From an uncultured Thermoplasmata archaeon (GTDB lineage Archaea; Thermoplasmatota; Thermoplasmata; RBG-16-68-12), in NCBI GenBank assembly GCA_963768855.1, contig CAVYJM010000010.1, positions 3,545-67,544 on the forward strand: a stretch of 64,000 bases of DNA, read 5' to 3'. This document shows, in pieces, positions 43,697 to 52,305 of this stretch (within the stretch, counting starts at the first letter, position 1; each line of letters opens with the position of its first letter). The notes below the pieces were generated by a model. It was not told the origin of the DNA, did no database searches, and was given only the letters and a program-made list of their open reading frames with translations. Position numbers and translations under genes: made by a program.

Positions 43697-44959
43697 ATGC
43701 CGAAACCGAAGGAATCTCTGAACCCCTTTGAGGTCGCCCAAGAGCAGATCGACCGGGCCGGGAAGAAGCTGAACCTGGACGCCGATCTCCTCGAGCTCCT
43801 CAAGCACCCGAAACGCGAACTCCACGTGAACTTCCCCGTCAAGATGGACGACGGGCATACGAGGGTCTTCACGGGGTATCGCGTGCAGTACAACGACGCC
43901 CGCGGACCGTTCAAGGGCGGGATCCGGTATCACTGGAACGTCAGCATCGACGAGGTCCGAGCCCTCGCGTGCTGGATGACGTGGAAGTGCGCGGTCATGG
44001 ACATCCCCTACGGCGGGGCGAAGGGCGGCATCATCTGCAACCCGAAGGAGCTGTCCAAGGCGGAGAACGAGCGCATGACGCGCCGCTACGCGTCCGAGAT
44101 CTCGATCATCATCGGCCCCGAGAAGGACATCCCAGCCCCGGACGTCTACACGGACGGCCAGACGATGGCCTGGATCATGGACACGATCTCCATGGCCAAG
44201 GGCTATACCGTCTCCGGCGTGGTCACGGGCAAGCCGATCCCGATCGGCGGATCCCTCGGCCGAGACGAGGCCACGGCCCGCGGCGCGGTCTACACGACCC
44301 GCGAGGCGGCCAAGAAGATCAAGCTGAACCTGAAGGGCGCGACCGTCGCGGTCCAGGGATTCGGCAATGCCGGCTACCACTACGCTCGCCTCATGCAGGA
44401 CGAGTACGGCTCCAAGATCGTCGCCGTCTCGGACAGCAAGGGTGGCATTTACAGCGAGAAGGGCTTCGACCCGAAGGAAGTCATGGCCTACAAGGAGAAG
44501 ACCGGATCTGTCGTGGGCTTCCCCGGAACGAAGAAGATCACGAACGAGGAGCTCCTCGAGCTCGCCGTGGACATCCTGTCCCCCGCAGCCCTGGAGAACC
44601 AGATCACCTCGGAGAACGCGCCCCGCATCAAGGCGAAGATCAGCGCGGAGTGCGCGAACGGCCCGACGACCCCCGAGGCGGATGACATCCTCTTCAAGAA
44701 GGGCGTCCTCGTGATCCCGGACATCCTCGCGAACGGCGGCGGCGTGACCGTCTCCTACTTCGAGTGGGTCCAGGACCTCGCGAACTTCTTCTGGACGAAG
44801 CCGGAAGTCGACCAGAAGCTCGAAGGCATCATGGTGCGTGCGTTCGACGCGGTCTGGAAGATGCACGAGGAGAAGAAGTGCGACATGCGCCAGGCGGCGT
44901 ACATGGTCGCGATCAACCGCGTCGCGGAAGCGTACAAGTGGCGCGGCATCTATCCGTAG
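43697..44959 (+). CDS. gdhA: Glutamate dehydrogenase
   Basis: FKGGIRYH, MTWKCAVMDIPYGGAKGGI and VAVQGFGNAG. A TATA-like CATAAAGGCTTAAAAG sits about 60 nt upstream. The ORF could start at the GTG at 43691. Confidence 0.9.
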   Translation: MPKPKESLNPFEVAQEQIDRAGKKLNLDADLLELLKHPKRELHVNFPVKMDDGHTRVFTGYRVQYNDARGPFKGGIRYHWNVSIDEVRALACWMTWKCAVMDIPYGGAKGGIICNPKELSKAENERMTRRYASEISIIIGPEKDIPAPDVYTDGQTMAWIMDTISMAKGYTVSGVVTGKPIPIGGSLGRDEATARGAVYTTREAAKKIKLNLKGATVAVQGFGNAGYHYARLMQDEYGSKIVAVSDSKGGIYSEKGFDPKEVMAYKEKTGSVVGFPGTKKITNEELLELAVDILSPAALENQITSENAPRIKAKISAECANGPTTPEADDILFKKGVLVIPDILANGGGVTVSYFEWVQDLANFFWTKPEVDQKLEGIMVRAFDAVWKMHEEKKCDMRQAAYMVAINRVAEAYKWRGIYP

Positions 44960-44971
44960 GCGCGAAAACCC

Positions 44972-45007
44972 GGGGGCCACTCGGCCCCCTTTCCCTCTTT
45001 TCATTTT
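44972..45007 (+). terminator. Terminator-like hairpin plus T-rich tract after gdhA
   Basis: A 7-bp stem GGGGGCC-actc-GGCCCCC followed by TTTCCCTCTTTTCATTTT, starting 13 nt after the gdhA stop. Confidence 0.5.
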
Positions 45008-45091
45008 CCCGCGGCCCGAGCGAGGGCGCCGCCCTCCGGAGCGCGGGGGGCGCGACACGATTAAATAGCGTCCGTTCCTACGCGCGCTCAC

Positions 45092-45889
45092 ATGCCCCTC
45101 AACCTCATCGTCTGCCTGAAGCAGATACCCAATCCGGACCTCCAGTTCGCCATCGCGCCGACGGGGAAGGACATCAAGCGCGAGACCCTGAACTACAAGA
45201 CGAACGGGTCCGACGAATACGCCCTGGAGGAGGCCGTGCGGATCAAGGAGAAACACGGCGGCCGCGTGGTCGCGCTCACGATGGGCCCGAAGCGCGCGGA
45301 CTCCATGCTCCGCGAGGCGCTCGCCAAGGGCGCGGACGAGGCCGTCCGTATCTCCTACGAGGACGTCGGGGGCTACGACGCAGGGAAGACGGGGCGGATC
45401 CTCGCCGCGGCAATCAAGACGCTCCCCCACGACCTCGTCCTCACGGGCGTCCAGTCGGACGATCTCGTGAACTCGGCCACCGGCGCGCTCGTCGCGGGCC
45501 TGCTCGGCCTCGCCCACGTGAGTGTCGTCACGAAGGTCGAGGTCCAGGGGACCGGCATCGAGGTCTGGAGCGAGCTCGAGGGCGGCCTTTCGCGCCGATA
45601 CTCCGTCCCGCTCCCCGCACTGGTCTCGATCCAGTTCGGGGCGAACGTCCCGCGGTACGCGCCCCTCCCCGCGATCATGAAAGCCACGAGGCAACCGATC
45701 AAGGAAATCGCGCCCGCGGCCCTGGGCGTGCCGGGCTGGGACGCGATCGCGACGCCGTACGCGTTCGCGATCCGCAAGCTCTCCCCGCCCGAGGCGAAGG
45801 GCCACGCGACGATGATCTCGGGCAGCCCCGAGGAGCAGGCGAAGAAGCTCGCCCAGATGCTCCGCGAGAAGGGCTTCGTGAGGAGGTGA
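45092..45889 (+). CDS. etfB: Electron transfer flavoprotein beta subunit
   Basis: IVCLKQIPNPD..., NGSDEYALEEAVRIKE and VLTGVQSDD. A TTAAATA element lies about 30 nt upstream. Confidence 0.85.
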   Translation: MPLNLIVCLKQIPNPDLQFAIAPTGKDIKRETLNYKTNGSDEYALEEAVRIKEKHGGRVVALTMGPKRADSMLREALAKGADEAVRISYEDVGGYDAGKTGRILAAAIKTLPHDLVLTGVQSDDLVNSATGALVAGLLGLAHVSVVTKVEVQGTGIEVWSELEGGLSRRYSVPLPALVSIQFGANVPRYAPLPAIMKATRQPIKEIAPAALGVPGWDAIATPYAFAIRKLSPPEAKGHATMISGSPEEQAKKLAQMLREKGFVRR

Positions 45890-45893
45890 TCGC

Positions 45894-46862
45894 ATGGGCA
45901 AGGACATCCTCCTCCTGGCCGAGCATCTCGAGGGCAAGCTCGCCCCCTCCACGCTGGAGATCGTCGCGAAGGGACGCGAACTGGCGGCGCAGTCCGGCGG
46001 TGTCGCGAAGGCCGCGCTCTTCGGCCACGACGCCGGCGGTCTCGCGCAGGCCCTTGCGGGCTATGGGCTCCCGGTGCTTCTCGTCGACGATGCCTCCCTG
46101 TCCGAGTACACGGGGGGCGGGTACGGCCAGGCGGCCCGCGCCCTGGTCGAATCGCTCGCTCCGCGCGTCGTCCTCGCGGCCCACACGTCCCAGGGATATG
46201 ACCTGGCGCCCGGCCTCGCGGGTGCGATGGACCTGCCGCTCGCGTCGAACTGCGTGGACATCCGGCTCGAGGGCGACAAGCTGGTCGCGACGCGCCGTAT
46301 CCTCAACGAGAAGGTCCAGGGCGAATTCGAGATCTCATCCGAGAAGCCCTACGTCGTCACCCTGCGGCCCGGATCGACGAAGCCCGCGGAGCCCGCGCCT
46401 GGCGGCCAGGTCACGCCGATGGCCGTGGCGATCGAGCCGTCCCAGGTCCGGGAGAAGTTCCTCGGGATCGAGCGGCCCCAGGTCTCGGACATCGACATCG
46501 CCGCCGCGGACGTCATCGTCTCGGCAGGCCGGGGCATCCAGAAGAAGGAGAACCTCGCAATCATCGAGGAGTTCGCGAAGATCCTCGGCGGCGTCGTGGG
46601 CGCCTCCCGGCCCCTGACGGACCTGGAGTGGCTTCCGAAGACCCGCCAGGTGGGGCAGAGCGGGAAGACCGTGCGCCCCAAGCTCTACATCGCGTGCGGC
46701 ATCAGCGGCGCGATGCAGCACGTGGCCGGGATGAAGGACGCGGGGCTCATCGTCGCGATCAACACGGATCCGAGCGCGCCGATCTTCGAGATCGCCCACG
46801 TGGGAATCGTGGGCAACGTCCTCCAGGTCGTGCCGCTCGCGGTGAAGGAGCTCAAGGGCTGA
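45894..46862 (+). CDS. etfA: Electron transfer flavoprotein alpha subunit
   Basis: C-terminal FAD-binding signature VSAGRGI..., RPKLYIACGISGAMQHVAGM and IVAINTDPSAPIF. Confidence 0.85.
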   Translation: MGKDILLLAEHLEGKLAPSTLEIVAKGRELAAQSGGVAKAALFGHDAGGLAQALAGYGLPVLLVDDASLSEYTGGGYGQAARALVESLAPRVVLAAHTSQGYDLAPGLAGAMDLPLASNCVDIRLEGDKLVATRRILNEKVQGEFEISSEKPYVVTLRPGSTKPAEPAPGGQVTPMAVAIEPSQVREKFLGIERPQVSDIDIAAADVIVSAGRGIQKKENLAIIEEFAKILGGVVGASRPLTDLEWLPKTRQVGQSGKTVRPKLYIACGISGAMQHVAGMKDAGLIVAINTDPSAPIFEIAHVGIVGNVLQVVPLAVKELKG

Positions 46863-46924
46863 GCCTCCCCGCCCTCCGACGGGCCCCCGGAGCTTTCATC
46901 TAGACCGCGGCGCCATCCCGATGC

Positions 46925-47326
46925 ATGGTCCAGCCGCCCCCGCAGCCGTACTGGCCTCCCGCGCGGCCGCTCGCCTGGCAGTCCCCCGGGGCGATTATCG
47001 GGATCGTGCTCGCTGCGGTCTTCGGGATCTTCTTCCTGCTCTTCGTCGTCTCGGGGTTCGGGATGAGCGGATTCCCCGGGGTCATGTTCGCACCATTCTG
47101 CGCGATCTTCCTAATCATCGTCGTCGTCATCGTACTCGCGGCGTCCCAAGGCCTGAGGCGGGCCCCGATTCCCCCGCCGCCCCCAATCCAGCAGCCCATG
47201 GTCCCCGCGGGCCAGATGGGCCCAGTCGCCCTGAACTGCCCCAACTGCGGCGCGCCCCCGCAGAACGTGGACCGGTTCGGAGTCGCGACCTGCACGTACT
47301 GCAACGCGCGCTTCCTCGTGCGGTGA
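46925..47326 (+). CDS. Membrane protein with a Pro-rich linker and C-terminal zinc ribbon
   Basis: Two TM helices and then CPNCGAPPQNVDRFGVATCTYCNARF. The next gene starts 6 nt after its stop. Confidence 0.5.
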   Translation: MVQPPPQPYWPPARPLAWQSPGAIIGIVLAAVFGIFFLLFVVSGFGMSGFPGVMFAPFCAIFLIIVVVIVLAASQGLRRAPIPPPPPIQQPMVPAGQMGPVALNCPNCGAPPQNVDRFGVATCTYCNARFLVR

Positions 47327-47332
47327 GGGTCC

Positions 47333-48157
47333 GTGCCGCGGTTCATCTCCGTGGAGCTCGCCCGGAACACCTACTACACGGGCGACGTCCTCGAGGGGAC
47401 CGTGGTCCTCGAGACGACGAAGGAGACCCCGAGCCGCGGGCTCTACGTCGACTTCACCGGCAAGGAGGAAACGCAGATCACGCGGAGCAGCGGCAAGCAG
47501 AGCGTGACCTACCGATCCGAGGCGGCGCTCGTGAGCTGGCGCCTCCCGCTCCAGGGCGAGGCGACGATCGCCCCGGGCGCCTACCGGTTCCCGTTCAAGT
47601 TCCAGGTGCCCCTCCAGGGACTGCCTTCCTATCAGGGTCGCCACGCGGTCGTGAAGTACATCCTGAGCGCGCGGCTCGACGTACCCCTGTGGCTCGACAC
47701 GGTCTGGAGCAACGAGGTCTTCGTGTTCTACGACCGGCCGAGCGTCCGCACGTTCTCCGAGCCCGCGCGGTTCCGTTCCGGCGGGGATGGTCCCGAGGTC
47801 TACGTCGAGCTGGACGGGGACCGGTTCTTCGCGCGCGAGATGATCGGCTGCCGGATCACCCTGCTCCGGGCAGGGGACCAGCGGATCCGGCGCCTGTACG
47901 CGCGCCTCATCGGCGCCGAGTTCGCCCAGGCCCAGAGCCAGCACGAGGAGACGACGACCTTCCGCACCGAGGTCGATGTGCCCGCAGAACAGATCAAGCT
48001 CGGGGTCCCGTTCACGTTCGAGATCCCGATCCCCGGCAACGTGCAGTCGGCCTATCGCGGGACGTACTCGTACTACAGCTACATGCTCCAGATCGGCCTC
48101 GACATCGCCTGGGGGTTCGACTTGGTCGCCCAGACCCCCATCGTCATCGTCCGCTGA
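47333..48157 (+). CDS. Arrestin-like / Spo0M-like beta-sandwich protein
   Basis: GTG start. N-terminal Y-x-x-G-D-x-L-x-G-x-V pattern (YYTGDVLEGTVVLETTKE...LYVDFTGKEE) and a second similar half (FFAREMIGCRITLL...RRLYARLIGAE), as in the two arrestin lobes. Confidence 0.45.
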   Translation: MPRFISVELARNTYYTGDVLEGTVVLETTKETPSRGLYVDFTGKEETQITRSSGKQSVTYRSEAALVSWRLPLQGEATIAPGAYRFPFKFQVPLQGLPSYQGRHAVVKYILSARLDVPLWLDTVWSNEVFVFYDRPSVRTFSEPARFRSGGDGPEVYVELDGDRFFAREMIGCRITLLRAGDQRIRRLYARLIGAEFAQAQSQHEETTTFRTEVDVPAEQIKLGVPFTFEIPIPGNVQSAYRGTYSYYSYMLQIGLDIAWGFDLVAQTPIVIVR

Positions 48158-48190
48158 GCGACCGGGGCGCGGCCGCATCGTCTGATGCGA

Positions 48191-48213
48191 GTCAACCTTG
48201 TTTAAGGTTGCAC
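48191..48213. promoter_or_regulatory. Copy d of the recurrent palindrome (GTCAACCTT-GTTT-AAGGTTGCAC)
   Basis: The first 20 nt are identical to copy a. It begins 34 nt after the stop at 48157 and ends 50 nt before the ATG at 48264. Confidence 0.5.
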
Positions 48214-48263
48214 GGGATTCGCGTCAGCCTTTTGCCCGCCCGCGGCCTGCGTGCGTTCCGTCC

Positions 48264-48551
48264 ATGGCCCGACGCAAGCTTTTGCCCGAAGCGGAAATCG
48301 AGGTCCGCCTTCGGAAGGTTCCTGCCTGGAGGCGGGAAGGCGCCGCAATCACCCGCGAGTGGATATTCGAGGACTTCCCGCCCGCCCTCGCCTTCATCAA
48401 CCGAGTCGGGGGCCTCGCGGAGGCCGCGAATCACCATCCGGACATCTTCAACTCGTGGAACCGTGTCCGGCTCAGCCTCACCACCCACGATGCCGGCGGG
48501 CTCACGGATCGCGACTTCGCCTTGGCCAAGCGGATTGATGGTCTCGAATAG
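48264..48551 (+). CDS. Pterin-4a-carbinolamine dehydratase (PCD/DCoH family)
   Basis: 95 aa. FINRVGGLAEAANHHPDIFNSWNRVRLSLTTHDAGGLT is the PCD signature. Confidence 0.75.
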   Translation: MARRKLLPEAEIEVRLRKVPAWRREGAAITREWIFEDFPPALAFINRVGGLAEAANHHPDIFNSWNRVRLSLTTHDAGGLTDRDFALAKRIDGLE

Positions 48552-48607
48552 TTGGAGGCCTCGATTCTCCGACGCCCCCCGGCGGCAGTCCCCCTTGGCG
48601 CAGGCAG

Positions 48608-48638
48608 ATTTCGGATGTCCGAAATTTCCTCGTCTTTT
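48608..48638 (+). terminator. Terminator-like hairpin plus T-rich tract after the PCD gene
   Basis: A perfect 8-bp inverted repeat ATTTCGGA-tg-TCCGAAAT followed by TTCCTCGTCTTTT. Confidence 0.4.
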
Positions 48639-48705
48639 CGACCGTCGTACAAGAACGCTTTAAGCGCACCCCCGCGGTGGGCGGCCGCCCAACGGAGGCG
48701 GAAGC

Positions 48706-49344
48706 ATGCGAAAGGCAACCCTCATCGTCACGGCCCTGCTTGCCGTGCTAGCTCTGTCCGTTGGAGCCCTCGCCTACCCTGTGGTCGTGGGGGTTCACCC
48801 CTTCGCGACGGTCCATCCTGCCGCGCCGGCCACCGCGAGCCATCCCAGGGGAGACGACAACTCCACGGGCAATCAGACGAACGACAATGAGACGGGCGAC
48901 CGTGAGACGCCGCCCGCCGGGAATGAGTCGGACAACGAGACCGGCGACAATGAGACCGCTCCGCCCGTTCCGCCCTCGCCTGAGGGCAACGAGACCGAGA
49001 ACGAATCCGAGATGAACGTGTCCGTCGAGCACAATGTGACCGTCGTCCAGGCGGACAACACGACCTGGATCAACGGCACGATCGTCGTGACGCAGGGCAA
49101 CGTGACCCTGGTGGATGTCACCTTCCAGATCGTCGTCCATGACAACGGCACGGCCAATGTGACCTTCGACGGGACCCAGACGGTCGGTTCGATGGTGATT
49201 TCGGTCCACGGCGTCGCGGTCTTCGAATCCGACAGCCGGACCCTCGTTGCGTTCGGGACGGCCACGGCCAGCCAGAACGGGACGGTCCAGTGGACCCGGA
49301 CCTTCGGGTTCGAACTACCCCTGTCCGACCCCGTGAGATGCTAA
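48706..49344 (+). CDS. Secreted or anchored hypothetical protein dense in N-glycosylation sequons
   Basis: Signal/anchor MRKATLIVTALLAVLALSVGALA, then many N-x-S/T sequons (NST, NQT, NET, NES, NVS, NVT, NTT, NGT...). Confidence 0.5.
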   Translation: MRKATLIVTALLAVLALSVGALAYPVVVGVHPFATVHPAAPATASHPRGDDNSTGNQTNDNETGDRETPPAGNESDNETGDNETAPPVPPSPEGNETENESEMNVSVEHNVTVVQADNTTWINGTIVVTQGNVTLVDVTFQIVVHDNGTANVTFDGTQTVGSMVISVHGVAVFESDSRTLVAFGTATASQNGTVQWTRTFGFELPLSDPVRC

Positions 49345-49401
49345 GTCCAACCCTCTTCCACCCCGGATGCCGGGGAAGGGACCGTCCGCCGGGGCGGCCG
49401 C

Positions 49402-51498
49402 CTACAGTGTTTTCTCCAAGAGTTCAGCGATGTCCGCGCGGGCGAGGTCCTCCCGGTTCTTCGTCTTCGCCGCGTCGTCGAACATGATCAGGCAGTACGG
49501 GCAGGCGGACGCGACCGTCTTCGCGCCGGTCTCCGCGACCTGGTCGAGCCGGCGATGGTTCACCTTCTGGCCGACCTTCTCCTCCATCCACATCCGCGCC
49601 CCGCCCGCCCCGCAGCAGAAGCCCTTGTCGCGGCACATCTTCATCTCGACGCTCTTCACGCCGGGGAGGCGAAGCAGGACGTCCCGGGGCTCCTCGTAGA
49701 CCTTGTTGTACCGTCCGAGGTAGCAGGCGTCGTGGAAGGTCAGGAACTCCTGGACCTCCTTCGTCGGCCTCAGTTTGCCCGCCTTCAGGAGCTCGTCCAG
49801 GAAGACGGAGTGATGGACGACGTCATAGGCGCCCCCGAAATCCGGGTACTCGTTCTTGAGCGTGTTGAAGCAGTGGGGACACGCCGTCACGATCTTCTTC
49901 ACAGCGTACCGGTTCAGCGTCTCCACGTTCGCCTTGATCATCATCTGTGCGCGGAACTCGTCCCCGAGGCGCCGCGCCGGGTCGCCTGTGCACTTCTCCT
50001 CGGGCCCCAGGATCGCGAACTTGACGCCCGCCTTCTGCAGGAGCCGCGAGAACGACTGCGCGACCTTCTTGTTCCGATCGTCGAACGACGCGGCGCAACC
50101 GACCCAGTACAGGACGTCGACCTGCTCGCCCGCGGCCACGACCTCGGAGAGCGTTCGGACGCCGAGACCCGCGGCCCAGTTGCCCCGCTGGTCCCATCCG
50201 ATTCCCCAGGGGTTGAAGTTGGTCTCGATGTTCCGCAACATCGCCTGCGTTTCCTCGGGCATCTTGCCAATCTCTAGGACGAAGTTGCGGCGCAGCTCGA
50301 CGATGAGCGGGACGTGGCGGATCGAGACCGGGCACTCCTGCATGCATGCCATGCACGTCGTGCAGTCGAACAGCTCCTCGTAGCCGACGTACTCGGGCAA
50401 CGGTTCCCCGAGCGTCTTCCCGCGCGCCTCCTTGACCATCGCGTCCTTCAGGTCCAGGATCACGTGCATCGGATCGAGCGGCTTCCCGGTGCTCCACGCG
50501 GGGCACACGGACGTGCACCGCCCGCAGATCGTGCACGCGTCCAGCTGCAGCCGGTCGAACCACGAGAACGCCTTCGTGGAGGCGGCGCCCAGCATGGGCT
50601 GGGGTGCTCCCTCCTGCATGATCAGGTCGACGTCGAAGTCCTTCGGGAGGCGTCCATACGGTCCCGCGCTCTCGTAGAACGTCCGGGCGGGACTGAAGAG
50701 GAAATGGCTCGCCTTGGTCCACGGGAGCGTGGCGAGCACGAAGGACCAGGTCCCCGCATGGAACCACCACAGGGCGCCGTACGTCCAGGCGAGCACCGGC
50801 ACGGGCGTGATTGTGACGCTCGTCGCCGTCACGGTCACGGTCGCCAGGCTCGAGTTCACGCCGACGGCTCGGAGGAGGAGCGAAAGGCCGTATCCGAAGA
50901 AGGACCACTCCTGCCACGGCGGCTGGAGGACCGCGAGCCGGATCGCCTCGAGGAGGTATCCCTGGAGGATGAGGAGGAACAGGACGCCGGGAAGGAATAG
51001 ATCAGGCCGCTCGTTGCGGAGGTACTTCGGCCGCTGCGCGAGGCGCCGGAAGAAGACCATGCCCAAGCCCACGAGGAAGGCGAGGCCCATGAAATCCAGG
51101 GCTGCCTTGAAGATCAGATACGGGTTGCCGCGGAGGACGTCCCAGTTCACATGGGAGGTCACGTCCATGTTGACGGCGACGATTGTCGTGCCGATCGCGA
51201 GGGCGATGAAGCCCGTGTAGAGCAGGAGGTGCATCACGCCGGCGTACCGCCGCCGCGCGACCTTCTTCTGGAACACCCCGACGACCAAGAGCCTCTGGAG
51301 GTGGAGCCAGAAGGACGCGCCCGTGGAACCGGCGGCGCCACCTTTCCAGATCCGCCATCGATCCCAGAGGCCGTACGCCGCGATGAGGAGCGCGACGCCG
51401 GTGACCGCGTAGATCGCGAGCGAGGTCCAGTCCGGCAGGAAGTTGAGGTTCGTCCGGCACGGGACGGCTCCAGTGGGGTCGCAGGCTGGGAGAGGCAT
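49402..51498 (-). CDS. Membrane-bound Fe-S oxidoreductase: NarI/DsrM-like TM domain fused to an HdrD/DsrK/GlpC-like domain (EtfD-like)
   Basis: An N-terminal ~330 aa with about 6 TM segments. Two 4Fe-4S motifs, CTICGRCTSVCP and CTTCMACMQECP. Two CCG-type Cys-rich regions (WVGCA...CTGD...ACPHCF and HDACYLGR...FCCGAGG...ACPYC). Confidence 0.7.
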   Translation of the reverse strand: MPLPACDPTGAVPCRTNLNFLPDWTSLAIYAVTGVALLIAAYGLWDRWRIWKGGAAGSTGASFWLHLQRLLVVGVFQKKVARRRYAGVMHLLLYTGFIALAIGTTIVAVNMDVTSHVNWDVLRGNPYLIFKAALDFMGLAFLVGLGMVFFRRLAQRPKYLRNERPDLFLPGVLFLLILQGYLLEAIRLAVLQPPWQEWSFFGYGLSLLLRAVGVNSSLATVTVTATSVTITPVPVLAWTYGALWWFHAGTWSFVLATLPWTKASHFLFSPARTFYESAGPYGRLPKDFDVDLIMQEGAPQPMLGAASTKAFSWFDRLQLDACTICGRCTSVCPAWSTGKPLDPMHVILDLKDAMVKEARGKTLGEPLPEYVGYEELFDCTTCMACMQECPVSIRHVPLIVELRRNFVLEIGKMPEETQAMLRNIETNFNPWGIGWDQRGNWAAGLGVRTLSEVVAAGEQVDVLYWVGCAASFDDRNKKVAQSFSRLLQKAGVKFAILGPEEKCTGDPARRLGDEFRAQMMIKANVETLNRYAVKKIVTACPHCFNTLKNEYPDFGGAYDVVHHSVFLDELLKAGKLRPTKEVQEFLTFHDACYLGRYNKVYEEPRDVLLRLPGVKSVEMKMCRDKGFCCGAGGARMWMEEKVGQKVNHRRLDQVAETGAKTVASACPYCLIMFDDAAKTKNREDLARADIAELLEKTL

Positions 51499-51576
51499 TC
51501 AGAACTCCTTCCTCGGAATCCCCGACTCCTCTGGGGGCCTCCGCAGGCGCCCGGGCGACGAAGGTCGTGACGCTAT

Positions 51577-52305
51577 TTAACCCCGCGCGGCCGGGCGCGC
51601 GACGAGGACGAACTTGCGTCGGTCCGCCGACACGGGCTCCTGGTCCCAGCCGCCGTAGGTGGCCTCGACGTGCCAGCCCGCGCTCGCGAGGAGTGCATGC
51701 GTCTCGTGCGGTGCCAGGAGTTGCAGCGTCGCGGAGGACTCGCTCCGGAACCGCAGGTCCGGGCCGACGCGCTCGTAGAACTTCCATCGGAGGTCGAGGA
51801 GGCCCGACGTCCCGTCGAACGTCCGGAACTCGTGCTGCTCCAGGTCGCCGACGACATGGTAGGCGAAGGGCCTCGGGCGGGCGGCGAAGAAGTCCCGGTG
51901 CAGGAAGTCGACGAGGAGGATCCCGCCCGGGACGAGGTGGCCGCGCAGGCGGATCAGGAAGTCCCGTTCCTCGTCGCGGGGTCCTCGCCCCAGCGCGTGG
52001 TCGAGGCACAGGGCCGCGTCGAACTGCTCCGCGACGGGAGGGCCCGGCATCGTCTCCTTGGACGCCGTGCGGAAGGTGAGGCGGCCCTCAAGCTTCTTCG
52101 GAACCCGTTGCCGAAGCGCCCCGATTGCGACCTCGTTCGCGTCCACGGCGGTCACGTGGAAGCCGCGCTCGGCCAGCTCGAACGCGCGGCGACCGATGCC
52201 GCAGGGCGCGTCGAGGATCCGCGCGTCGCGGGCCACCCCCTTCGCGGCGAGAAATGCCTCGATCTCCTCGGCCTCCTGCGCGGGCGGTCGGGGGACCGGG
52301 GGCAC
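51577..52305 (-). CDS. Class I SAM-dependent methyltransferase (paralog 2 of a tandem pair)
   Basis: Motif I ILDAPCGIGRRAFELAERG. The GTG start directly abuts the upstream stop (TGAGTG). Confidence 0.7.
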   Translation of the reverse strand: MPPVPRPPAQEAEEIEAFLAAKGVARDARILDAPCGIGRRAFELAERGFHVTAVDANEVAIGALRQRVPKKLEGRLTFRTASKETMPGPPVAEQFDAALCLDHALGRGPRDEERDFLIRLRGHLVPGGILLVDFLHRDFFAARPRPFAYHVVGDLEQHEFRTFDGTSGLLDLRWKFYERVGPDLRFRSESSATLQLLAPHETHALLASAGWHVEATYGGWDQEPVSADRRKFVLVARPAARG

